This document shows, piece by piece, positions 1-15,324 of a stretch of DNA of 64,000 nucleotides (its first letter is position 1; each line of letters opens with the position of its first letter). Both the position numbers and the translations under genes were made by a program. The DNA comes from Tubulanus polymorphus. Lineage: Eukaryota > Animalia > Nemertea. The notes beneath the pieces are model-generated. The model did no database searches, was not told the DNA's origin, and saw nothing but the letters and a program-made list of their open reading frames with translations. Location of the stretch: positions 26,198,150-26,262,149 of the forward strand of contig NC_134026.1 in assembly GCF_964204645.1 (NCBI RefSeq). Reading direction: 5' to 3'.

Positions 1-429
1 ATAGTCTTGTTGGATAGATCCTGAATGCCGAAAAATAATTTTTATTTGGGCCCAAACAGTTTTCCCAACAATTTTAGTTCGGTAACAAAAATCGCACATT
101 CGGTCACAAACGCTTCAGATTTTCAAATGATTTGTTGGAATTTTTCACTCACATATCTATCTAAATTTAATTTAAGTCAAGATATCTTTTTCCTAACTGT
201 ATTTATCTATCTCAAAAATAATTTTAAAACACTTTAATGAATTTTCAAATATTATTTTGAAAAACGAAAATATTTCATTTCCTACCTTGCATGGTAAAAT
301 GCTTCGCTTTCTTTCTCAGAGTACACTTCATCGCCTTTGTAAAATCGGCTGGATATTGGCCATTCAACAGGTAATTAGAAAGGTTCGTTGCTTCAGCAGG
401 ATCCATTTTTATTGATGATAGTTAAATAA

Positions 430-1125
430 ATCGATAAGTATATTATCGGAAACAAAAAGCACGGCGCGATTGATTACGGTAAATGCTAGCTATGCTGTCA
501 GAGGATGCCGTTTATACGGCGAAAAGCTGTCTGCTATTGACGCATGCGCAGTGCATATTGACGCATGCGCAGTCTGCTATGGGATGCCTGTTGTACGGGG
601 ATGCTAGTTGTACTGTGACACCGGTATCACTCCCGAACTCGCTTCCACCAGCCCCCTGGCCTCACGAAGCGTGATTTCATTACTGGCGCTGTCGCGCGTG
701 ACGTCATATATATCGATTTGCGAAATATTTCCTTGTTCGATAAAACGTTCGCTGATTGGTCAATTTAACAGAAAAACCAAAAGAAGTCTACTGACGGTTT
801 GTTACAAGCGCTGTGATTGGTACGACCGGATTCTGGCCGGCTAGTAACGACTCCAACGACTCGTGAGGTCAAGGGGTTCGGGGAACAGCTTTAGCGTAGT
901 GGGTTCGAATCCCCGGGTGAAGATGGGGTACTAACCGGACATCATTTTTCCACACGTTCAACACTTGCCAATTTGACAAGACAGGTAAAAAGAATTACTA
1001 GGTCTTGGTCCTACGAAAAAAATAGATATCGTAGCAGCATAGTTTCTATGAACCGGTAGGACCGTTACCCGGCCGCACACTGGCGCGTGAGGATGACAAT
1101 TTGCACCATTCCAAGTCCAATACCG
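430..1125. mobile_element. Probable interspersed repeat (non-autonomous element) with a Pol III B-box-like motif; boundaries approximate
   Basis: GC-richer than its flanks; internal tandem duplication TATTGACGCATGCGCAGT x2 (~535-573); GGTTCGAATCC at 902-912 with no tRNA cloverleaf; only short non-homologous ORFs. No clear TIR or TSD seen. Confidence 0.4.
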
Positions 1126-1281
1126 TATTTTAATTCTGACTCGTATTTTCCCACCCAGATGGCGGTTTCGTCGATTACATTGCCTTGTTCGCCGACGTTT
1201 TCTCGTCGCGCTTTTCTTTTTTCTCTATTCTAGCTATTTATCTGTTTATTGTGGATGAGAGTTTATCATTGAATTGTTTAG

Positions 1282-4200
1282 ATGACTTCGTTCCGTGTGG
1301 TTCAAGTCACAAATGTGGCACCAACTGCAACCCGTGATCAAATGAAAACGTTGTTTTCTTACATCGGAAAAATTGAAGAATTGAAACTTTATCCGAATGA
1401 GTAAGTTAGTTTAAGAAGAACTGAGTATTTTCTTTTTTGGCAGTTGAAAGTAAAATTCGATAACCTGCTGTGTGGATGATTTGATGAGAAAAAAACAAAA
1501 CTTTTTTGAAAAACCAGAAGAAAACAAGAAAATGAGCACTCGTGTTTCTTGCTTTAATATAATTAATAATGACAAATGGAAATATGGCCGGCCCTGATTT
1601 TGAATTAAACCGAGAAAAATTAGGCTAATTATTTCAATTAGGCTTGCACAAACGCAGGGACAAAGCTGGCCAAACAAGCTATTGAATTGACTTGCCTTCG
1701 AATAAACCTTTCAGATACTTTTTCGTATTGAATTATCATCCATATTATCCATTTTTTGCAATCGAAAAAAGACTTGTTAACCTGTAACCATTGATTTGCA
1801 TGAAAGGTTAACTCTACATTATTTATTTTTTTCAGAGAATCTTTCATCTTAGATTCTTCATCAAATCGCGTTTGTTATGTGAAATATGTGGATAACGCGG
1901 ATGCTGGTGTAGCCTGTCACCTCACTAATACTGTATTCATCGACAGAGCATTAATTGTTGTTCCCGCTCCGGACAGTAAGTTTAATTGTCTTTCAGAAGT
2001 TGAATGTAAATACTGTATAGCCTCATACTGTTATAGCATTGCTTGTAATTTAGCTCAAATCCCTGATGAAGTTACTGCCCTAAAACTTGGTGGACCTGGA
2101 GGTGGTTCTGCACCTGGAATGACTAATTGGCCTGCTGATGTTGTTAATAAGGTAAGAATTCCTGCACCATTTTCAGTTTCAAAGTTTGAACGCATTATTG
2201 TGATGATTTCATCTTCTGATCAAATAGGAAAAGTTTTCTTATTTTTCCTATCATTTTTCAGGTTACAGGAACTGGCAGTTCGCAAATGTTGATGACATTC
2301 GACCCAAAATTAGCAGCAATGGATCTACCAGCATATCCAGCACTACCAGCAACATTGGACAATAGCAAAATTGATGATATTCGTAGAACAGTCTATGTGC
2401 AGGATATTGATCCATCGGTAAACTAGTGCATGGAATACTGACATATTGAAATGTAACTTTTTATAAGAAAAGGGTTATTTTCTTCGTATGAATATATTTC
2501 CAATAGGTGAATCAGGAAGAGCTTCTGACATTTTTTAATCAAGCTGGAGAGATCAAGTATGCCAGGATGGCCGGAACTGATAACTCTGGAAATCAAAATG
2601 CTTTTATCGAATTCTCTTATCAGTCAAGTGTTCCATCTGCCCTTGCTTTTAATGGTGTTCTGCTAAAGAATGGACTTGTTAGGTAAAGAAAAACCAGACA
2701 TCATTCGACATTACAAGAACAAATGATATTTGTTCTTGTGTGTGTTTTTAAAATTAAAGCAAATTTCTACTGAGATCAAACAATATTTTTGTTCCAGTGT
2801 TACACATTCAATGACTGCAATTGTTAAACCAACAAATAAATCGGAAGCAGGTTCTCGCGAAGTTGAAGAAGCCTTGAAGAAAGTTAAAGAGGCTCAGTCT
2901 TTGATATCAGCCGCTGTAGATCCGGGTCAGTCCAAGTCACCTTCATAGTTGGTGTGTTTTCTACCGACAGATTTGGATAACTAATAAATCTGGTGATGAT
3001 TTTATTTTTCAGAATATAATACGAAAAGAAGAAGTCGTTCTCCAAGGAGAAGAAGATCGACTTCTCGATCGAGGCATTCACGTTCTCGACGTTCAAGGTG
3101 AGCCTAGTGTTGAAACTGTTGTGATGATGTTGATTTTATTTTAGATGCTGTTTTATCGGTTTCTCCTCACACACTTGCGTACCCTATTTCACTTTGGTTT
3201 CCATGATCGGCACTAGTTATCAGTTACAGTAAAAACCACAAGACAAACAACCGTTAATATTAACTGTTTTTTGTTTTGTGATAAAGTCGATGTGTAAATT
3301 CTGTTTAATGAATTGTAAAGGTACCTGTATGAATATTTTTTATTGATTTTCATGAAACAAGATCAAAATCGAAATCGAAACAAGTGAAGGACAAAGAACA
3401 GTAAGATTATAATCATCTCCATCATTAATGTATCAAAAAAATTAAACCCAAACTCAATGTATTGCTCTTTTCTGGCTGTGTTTTCTAACATAAACGGGAG
3501 AGAAGAGGTAACATGATTGACTAGAATAGATACAAATATTACCTGTATTTTCACCATGCAGGAGTCATTTCAGTTTCTTTACAAACCGTACTTGTGACAA
3601 AACATGTGCATAACAAAATGGAAACTTTTTATCAATTTAGTTGTGTTCAACTGATGATGTGTTGCATACAGTTCACAACTTTTCATGTCGAGGGTTGTTA
3701 AATGTATAAGATGCTGAAAATCAGTTCTTCAGTGGGATTTCTCTTAAGGTAGTCATTGCTTAGGTAGATAGAAGCATTATAAGTGAAAATGGCTGTGTGC
3801 ATGAGGGGTGCACTGCATTGAAAAATGTAATTGTTTACCTTGTTTTAATTTCAGTGTTTTGATAACTGGCATTTTCTATATTCATTTAAAAAGCTTGAAT
3901 CAATCTATACAATAATTTACGTCTTAATATGATCCTGTTTCTGAAATGATCTTTCATGTACTTTAATTGTCAACGTCCCAAATTTATATTGAAAACTTTT
4001 GACAATATGATATGCCTTGTATTTCAGTCTGAAGTTTAATTATCTATTGTTGTTTCGTTTTATAGATCTCGACGCAGGTCTCATTCACGTAGAAGATCGA
4101 CCAGTAGATCTCGCCGTCGATCTCGTTCAAGGTCGCGCAAACGTTCGAAATCACCACGCCGCAGCAGACGTTCGCGGTCGCGATCCAGGTATTTACAGTG

Positions 4201-6203
4201 TTAATCATACAGTCAATCTCCAATATATCGCCACCCCTTGCTGATGCCCGATTTTTTTCTGAGAAAATATGGTTTGTTGCAAGTCAACTAAGTGATACTA
4301 GTGCCAATTTTAGAAACAATTTGTGAAGGCTCTGATACGTGCTTATTTTTCACAGAAATGTCAAAAGTGCAGAAAAGTGCTACCTTTTGACTAAACAAAA
4401 TAGATCAGAAAATTTTTTGTCACAGCATTTGTAACTGATATAGTAAGAACCGTATTGATCAAATTAATCAAAATCAACCAAGCACGTATCACTTCTGGGC
4501 AAGCAACAAAAATATTTCCTAGTTCATGGATGACAGTGATTTGTCCATAGGTTATTAATATCATTTGACAAACCCCAAAGAGCAGTTACGTACAATGACA
4601 ATCGTGCCAAAAAGTGCTAACTTTGTGCTTAAGTCTTACTTTCTATACGGCCATACTCTATATACAGCCAAAATCCTAAATCACCGATGTTGATGGTATA
4701 TCAGGGATTGAATGTAGATCATCATATGAATTCTAACATGTTTTGTAGTATTATAAATGATTTAATGCAATATTGCATTGCAGAGGTCGTCGCAAAAAGT
4801 CTCGTTCTAGAACTCCACCCCGTGGCTATCGTGGTTCACGGCGGTCAAGATCTACAAGCAGGTAAGCTTACTCATGGCTGTTACTGTACTTCTTATGGTC
4901 TTTTATTAACACACTTACCGTAACTTTTTGAAAATGTCTGATCGTAGGGATCGAGATAAGAAGAAGCGCAAATCCTCGCCAAGCCCTACAAAAAAGCGGA
5001 CGAGTCGTTCAAAATCTGCTTCTCCTGTGAAGAAAGCAGATTCTGAATCACCTGCCAGGAAAAAATCTACCAAAGCTAGGTAATTTTGGATCAAATTTTA
5101 TAATGGTGTTATATAATTTATAGCAAATCTATGATTCTACCCATATTATTTTTTACATTTTAGTTTAAGGTAATTTCCGTATTAAATACATCATGTATCT
5201 TGTATTTTAGGTCGCCCTCAAGGAGAAAGCGTTCTCGTAGCAGAAGGTACCGTATAGTGCATTGTAGTTAACCTATCCCAAACGCCTCCAATCATTCCTC
5301 ATTTTCTGTATTGATCATTTTGGTCTACTCATTGATATGATTTGTTTGATGTGGTCTGAAATATGAGAGATATAGCTGAGGGTCTGATCCCTCTATACTG
5401 ATGTATTCAAGCATGTTCTTTCATATTCCAATGAAACGTTCCTGCTACAAATTATTGTTACTGGCAGCACTTCCCTGAAGTTGGCAGCTCTGGTCCTCCA
5501 TTAAACTTCCCATACTCATTCTCACATAGGAGTTTGAAATCTTGTTCATAGTAAAATGTACCTACCCGTTTAGTTCTGATGTATCGTATGTTACATTGGC
5601 TACTAGAGTTCTTTCGTGACATTTTGATAAAAATATTGATGCCGGTAGTGGGAAGTTATAAAGTATATTCTATTTTTAGCCATACTCGAACAAGTGCTAA
5701 AACTGCGGCTAAAAGGTCAGTGATAGATTAAAGACTTAGGCTTAAGCTTAATTTTGAGAATGATTAGAACGATTGGTTTCAATTATTATTGTTTTTATTA
5801 CAGGCGATCAAGGAGTAAAAGTCGTGAAAAGCGTTCTAGATCGAGATCCAGGTGTGAATCCACTCCGCCGTTAAAAAACTTTTTCGAATTTTTGAGTTAG
5901 AACATATTATTTCATAAAAAGATATCAATTTTGAATTTCAGACATCGAAAAGAAAAGAAAAGAAGTCGTTCCCGAAGTAAGGATCGTTCGAGCAAGAAAA
6001 AACGAGATAAAGAAACGAAAGAGGGTGTCGTCGTCAAACGGGATTACGATGCTGAAGAAAAAGATGATTTCAGTAGCGACGAGGATGTCAAAAAGAGAAA
6101 GAAGAAGAAGAGAAGTAGCTCTCCATCATCTCCCGCAGCTGCAGATATCGATGATAGTAAGGATAATCTACAGCAAATGGATATGGATATGGATAGTGAC
6201 TGA
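1282..6203 (+). CDS. SREK1: SR-related splicing factor, SREK1/SRSF11 (SRp54) family; multi-exon, two RRMs plus RS domain
   Basis: ATG 1282 gives MTSFRVVQVTNVAPTATRDQMKTLFSYIGKIEELKLYP (donor 1401). Exon 2 has RVCYVKY...ACHLTNTVFIDRALIVVP, the SRSF11/SREK1 signature. Second RRM IRRTVYVQDIDP...FFNQAGEIKYARMAG, then EVEEALKKVKEAQSLISAAVDP, several RS-rich exons (3013-3097, 4066-4187 and others) and a last exon ending MDMDMDSD-TGA at 6203. Confidence 0.92.
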
Positions 6204-7526
6204 TTTTGTATGAAGTTGATTTTAAATGTCTTGTATGTCTATCTACATCTTGAAATGAAAAATGATCATGGCATGATGTTTGTATTGGACTACCGTATTA
6301 TGTTGTATCCTATCTTTTTTTAATGTCTCCTTGTTGATTTTCTCTCAGCAATGATGTAAAGAAGTAATTGTAGTTTAGAATGTTTGTATCATTGAATGTC
6401 CTTGAAATATATTTCCAATCCATTAGACATTGAGATTTGTTTGATTTTGTGGTGAATTGACTATCTACGAAAGAGGAGGATGAAAGGAAGGATGTAAACA
6501 TGGCCACATTTTCGATGATTATACCAATCCGGTCACCCTTATTAACCGTACTGGGACGAGACAAAATACGTTCATATGGAAAATGTTTACTGTCGGCTCG
6601 ATAGAGAATTCCACTGACCGGCTACTTAGCTGCTTGCGCTTGACTGCCTGTAACGACTCATGAATAACATGAAATATGTCTGGGAATTCTGGAAACACGT
6701 TCACCATGACATGTAACTTCAAAATACGTCACGTTTTTTCCTTGAAGCCCTTCGTTTAATTGGGATCAAGTGTGTCTAGATATTTGTTTACGGTACTATT
6801 ATGTAGAGCAATGGGGAAATCAGTACTTATTGCTTATTAATTCTTGCTACAATGATCACATAGTTCTTTTTAAAATAAAAGTACGAATTATCTTACGTAA
6901 AACTAAAAAAAAGTGGAATTAGGCCAATGTCAATAGTATTGTTGAGAAATGGCATACGTTGTTTCCTAGAAAACTCCATTCAAAGAACTACACAATCATT
7001 CAAAAAATACGGCCAGTGTCCTTGATCCGACAATTCAATATATCAGTCAAAAATACATAACACGCGCTTACTTCGAGGAGATTCAAAACTGTCTGCAACA
7101 GTGAAAGTTGAATGAGAAGCCTTTTTGTTTTGATGAAATCTGTCTCTGTTTGCCGAACATACATCCGGTATTACCGAGTGAAAAAAAAACTGATCTGCTC
7201 GGAAGATTATAATGAAACAGGATTTTAGCCACTGGAACCTTACGCAAACCAATCGAGAGTAACCTTGTCCCAACTAACTCGCGGTAAACAAAACTATTAT
7301 AGGTAGTGTTTTTGTGGTTTTATTTTTGCCTTAATTCGTATGCGGTGCTCTCAATGAGAACTTGCATGAGTGAACTGGACATTAGTTTCAATCTTATATA
7401 CATATATGTACATAATTCTTCACCGACCGTCGGACACAAAGCGACCCAGTTATCGGCTTGGCGGTCGTACAACACGCAGTAAAAAATATCTTGATTTCTG
7501 ACAATTCGATCATTATTCGGAGTAGA

Positions 7527-10500
7527 ATGATGCAGAACAAACGAATAGCGATAATTGGAGCTGGGTGCAGTGGTTTAACTGCCATCAAATGTTGCCTCGA
7601 CGAAGGTTTGGAACCAGTTTGTTTTGAAATGGACGATGATATCGGAGGATTGTGGAATTACACGGACGATACTAGACCAGGTCAAGGGAGTGTTTATCAT
7701 TCGTGTATCATCAACACGAGCAAAGAAATGATGGCTTTCAGTGATTTTCCGGTTCCGTCACATTTCCCACCATTTATGCCACACAAATACGTTCTGAAAT
7801 ATTTTCGATTATACGCCAAGAATTTTAATTTACTGCAACATATCAAATTTTCATGTTGCGTCGAAAGCGTTAGACCAGCAGCCGATTTCGCGGAAACTGG
7901 CCGTTGGGAGGTTTTTACGCGACCAGCTGGATTTACTGACAGCAACGAAACTTCAGAAATATTTGACGGTGTGATGATTTGTACAGGACATCACGTATAT
8001 CCACACATTCCGAATCTCCCGGGCCTGAATAAATTTAAAGGAGAGGTGATTCATACACACGATTACAAACGTCCCGAATCGTACAGTGATAAGAAGGTGC
8101 TGATAATCGGTAAGTGATTTCATTTTCATGATTTAATTTTCATTTGATTGAATACCACTTTCATATGTTTTGTATCTCGACTCTGATTGAAATCATCGCG
8201 AGTTTTCTTTATGTTCTTCTTTTACAATTTACAATTATATCTTGTTTTTAGGAATTGGCAATTCGGCGGTAGATGTGGCTGTTGATTTGAGCAGAGTTTG
8301 CTCTAAGGTACGGTGATGATGGAATATCGAAAACATAAACTTCTGCAAACTCTTTTATGAAGCATTTCACTTGCTGTATTGATTTACGAAGATCATCTAG
8401 CAAAGTTTATTACCTTCCCAAAAATATTTCTATAATTGAAAATACATAATATTAATAATGGTAATAATGATAATGATATTTATAACTTATTTTCTTATAT
8501 TACGCACTTATACAAATTGTAATCAGTTTGCTTTTTTACGTCGGTATAGAGCAAAAATGAGCTGATAGTATACAATTTAAAACACTTGGACAGAATTCAC
8601 AGGTGACGAAGATTGAATGCAGTTATGAATTATTCTTGAAAATTACGTTTTCAACATTAAACTGTTGCCTGATGTTTTAAGAGAGCAGTTGAAAATCACC
8701 TTGGCCTAATTTCAATATTGTCAAAAGTATCTGATATTTTGGTCAGAGTATAGAACTATGGTGGTCTGTCCATTGATAGTTGTTACAACTTTTTATCTTG
8801 CGGTTGCCGTGGGCCCCGATTAATGACAATGAACTTTTTGTTGATATATCGAATGTTGAGTGTACCTATCAAACTGGGTCGCTATATCTTTTGTTCGAGA
8901 TGTGGTTTTTTTACGGCCACGATACCATTCAATAATGCAGGTTATTTCCGTGTACTTCTGGGCAATCTAAATCACTTATGTCGGTGTTCATTTTTTGTTT
9001 ACCAAAAATATCGTATACATTAACTCGAATGAATAAATGAAAATTGAAACGCGGGCTGGTGGTCATGCATAGGGTGTGAGGACTGCTCGCGAGGGATATT
9101 TTCCTCGACATTCTATTCAGAAGTTTATCTTTGTTAATTTTCCATAGGTTTATCTATCAACTCGCCGTGGCGCATGGATCGTAAACCGAATGGGCCCATG
9201 GGGCATTCCTGCAGATGCGTTGGCAAATAGCAGATTCATGTTTTCGTTGCCTCAAAATTGGTTGCAATGGATGGTAGAAAAATTAGCAAACTACCGTTTC
9301 GATCACGAAACGTACGGTGTTAAACCGTCTCACAGGTGAAAATATTAAACTTCCCTTTAGCTTGAAATTTATACATATCGTGTGAAAAAAATGCGTTTCT
9401 AATCAGCGATCGTGTTTTTGTATAGAGCTTTAGAAGCGCACCCAACAATAAACGACGAACTACCACAGCGGATAATGACCGGAGGGGTACAGGTAAGAAC
9501 GAACGTTAGAACTTTTACCGGAGATGGTGTTGAATTCGACGATGGCACATTCAAGAAAATAGACGCAGTAGTCTTGGCAACCGGATACAATTACCAGTTC
9601 AAGTTTGTCGACGAATCAATTTTGAAAATAAACCGCAACGATACATCACTGTTTAAATACACATTCGTGCCGGATTTGCAACACCCGACGCTTGCGGTAA
9701 TAGGTTTAGTTCAAGCGATCGGAGCCGTAATGCCAATTGCCGAAATGCAGTGTCGTTGGTATACACGAGTTGTCAAAGGTATAAAACTACAAGCTAAACT
9801 AATATCATAAATCTATAAGAATAAAATTTGTGTTAATGAAGCTACATGTATTTCATTCTAGGCATTGTTCAGCTGCCTTCGAGAGATGATATGAATTACG
9901 ATATACTGAAGAAAAAAGAAGCCATGAAAAATCAGTATGTTTCATGTCAACGACACACATTGCAGGTTATTGCTTTTACTTAATTCTTTCAGTTTTCCGA
10001 GGGTAAAATAAGTTTAATATACCAAAGTAATTGTGACAAAGTTTGCCGTTGAGTGAGTCGCAACAAACACTTCATTACAAAAAAGAAATTAATAGGGTGT
10101 GACAAAGTCCCATCTACCACACGCGGACAAAGTTATTATACACTATTCTGTGATGTTTTTGCTACCTTCGTAAACCAGTGAAGTTGATCGAAATATATAA
10201 GTTGTAAGGTCTGGTAATTCGGTTAATTGAAAATAAACCAAGCGTCTGTTATGATAGATTAGAATGTCACATTTATTGAAAGTCAATTAAATGAGATTCA
10301 TTGCTGCATAGAGGTCTGACGGATAAATCTGATTTTACGATTATGACCAATTGCCTTATTTTTCAGACATTTTGGATTAGTTTCATGGACCAATTGGCAT
10401 CGGAAGTCGGGGTAAAGCCTAATTTGAAATCAATGTTCTTCGAGGATCCGTTTCTAACGCTGCGTTGCTTTTTTGGTCCATGTGTACCGGCGCAATATCG

Positions 10501-10693
10501 GCTCAACGGCCCAGGAAAATGGCCCGGAGCAAAGAAAACTATCCAGTCTGCCTTCATTAATATGTCATCTGCAACAAGAACAAGATCTACAACTGGGTTA
10601 TCCGGAAGTTCTGGTCTTGCCAAGCGTTATGTTATCATTATTTTGGGCATTATGTTATTCTTACTATGCGCTCTAAAGCTTAATTCAATCTAA
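7527..10693 (+). CDS. FMO: Flavin-containing monooxygenase (FMO5-like), 6 coding exons
   Basis: FAD motif KRIAIIGAGCSGL; DIGGLW; NTSKEMMAFSDFP; FMO fingerprint FKGEVIHTHDYK; NADPH motif IIGIGNSA across a splice junction; STRRGAW; HPTINDELP; LATGY; QYRLNGPGKWPGA; C-terminal hydrophobic anchor. Exons about 7527-8110, 8252-8307, 9148-9335, 9426-9778, 9862-9965, 10367-10693. Confidence 0.95.
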
Positions 10694-10830
10694 GATAACT
10701 GACCCAAGTGGACCAGCCGATGTAACTATAAAATTAGTGTTCTGTTATCCTGGACCCTGTGTTTCGAAAGATAATAAATGTGCCATATGTTTTAGATTAT
10801 ACTGTATACTGTATACTTATTTGCCTCTTT

Positions 10831-11200
10831 GGGACGTGGCCATTTGAGACTCGCTGTATGGTCAAGATCTCCGTCCCTGTGTCAGCAGTGTGGCGGTTTC
10901 CGCGCGCCCGGCCCAGGTCGGTGCCTGCGGCACGGCGCCGCCGGGCGCCCGTGAGAAATACTACTATCCTAGCGGTGGCTGCTATTTCTTTCAATTTCCC
11001 AGTGATTGGCCGTAGTGATGCATTTTTCAGTGAGCACGCTCGTAGATTGACAAGAGATTCTAGTTTTTAGGACCGTATTCGGCGGTATCGTGAGACTCAG
11101 GGCCACCGCGCCGGAAAACGCGTCCGGACGAGTCGTCTATGGCAAGCGAGAGACGGAGCAACCCTACCACCAACTCCGTTGTGACAGGTCCGTTCCAGTA
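10831..11200 (-). ncRNA. Candidate structured non-coding RNA of unknown class, divergent from the ACTR1A promoter
   Basis: GC-rich segment between the FMO poly(A) signal (AATAAA ~10772) and the ACTR1A 5' end. Stems read on the minus strand: ACGGAG/CTCCGT, CCGGA/TCCGG, GCGGTGGC/GCCACCGC, GCGCCCGGC/GCCGGGCGC, GTGCC/GGCAC, GGGACG/CGTCCC. G-U extensions favour the minus strand. No family motif recognised. Confidence 0.3.
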
Positions 11201-11223
11201 GTCCAAATCAAAATCGTACCTCG

Positions 11224-11252
11224 TGCGCACGCGCAGTTGTTTCATTTCCTGG
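11224..11252. promoter_or_regulatory. ACTR1A core promoter with NRF1-like and ETS sites
   Basis: TGCGCACGCGCA (one mismatch to the NRF1 palindrome TGCGCATGCGCA) and CATTTCCTGG (ETS core), about 80-95 bp upstream of the ACTR1A ATG. Confidence 0.45.
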
Positions 11253-11318
11253 TTCGATTTTTGCACCAATTTTGCAGATTTTTCTCACAAAACTTGAAAT
11301 ATCGTTAATCTAGACTGC

Positions 11319-15324
<4,006 letters not shown>

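Noticed and set aside
834-915. tRNA gene suggested by GGTTCGAATCC
   Set aside because: No acceptor stem, D-arm or anticodon arm could be folded; the motif sits inside a repeat-like block.
3650-3720. Intronic C/D snoRNA (TGATGA...CTGA) in the SR gene
   Set aside because: The terminal stem would sequester box C, and I recognised no rRNA or snRNA antisense element.
5257-5269. miR-33-like GTGCATTGTAGTT
   Set aside because: 3' half does not match, there is no precursor hairpin, and the host is not SREBP.
5410-5452. H/ACA-like hairpin followed by ACA
   Set aside because: Pocket-to-ACA spacing too short, no well-placed H box and no identifiable target.
10908-10921. SRP RNA-like CCGGCCCAGGTCGG
   Set aside because: The following GAAAC-GGAGCAGG of helix 8 and the rest of 7SL are absent.
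11158-11168. Telomerase RNA template (AACCCTA) in the GC-rich segment
   Set aside because: Only 7 nt, on the strand not favoured by G-U pairs and at the wrong end; no pseudoknot, CR4/5 or H/ACA features found.
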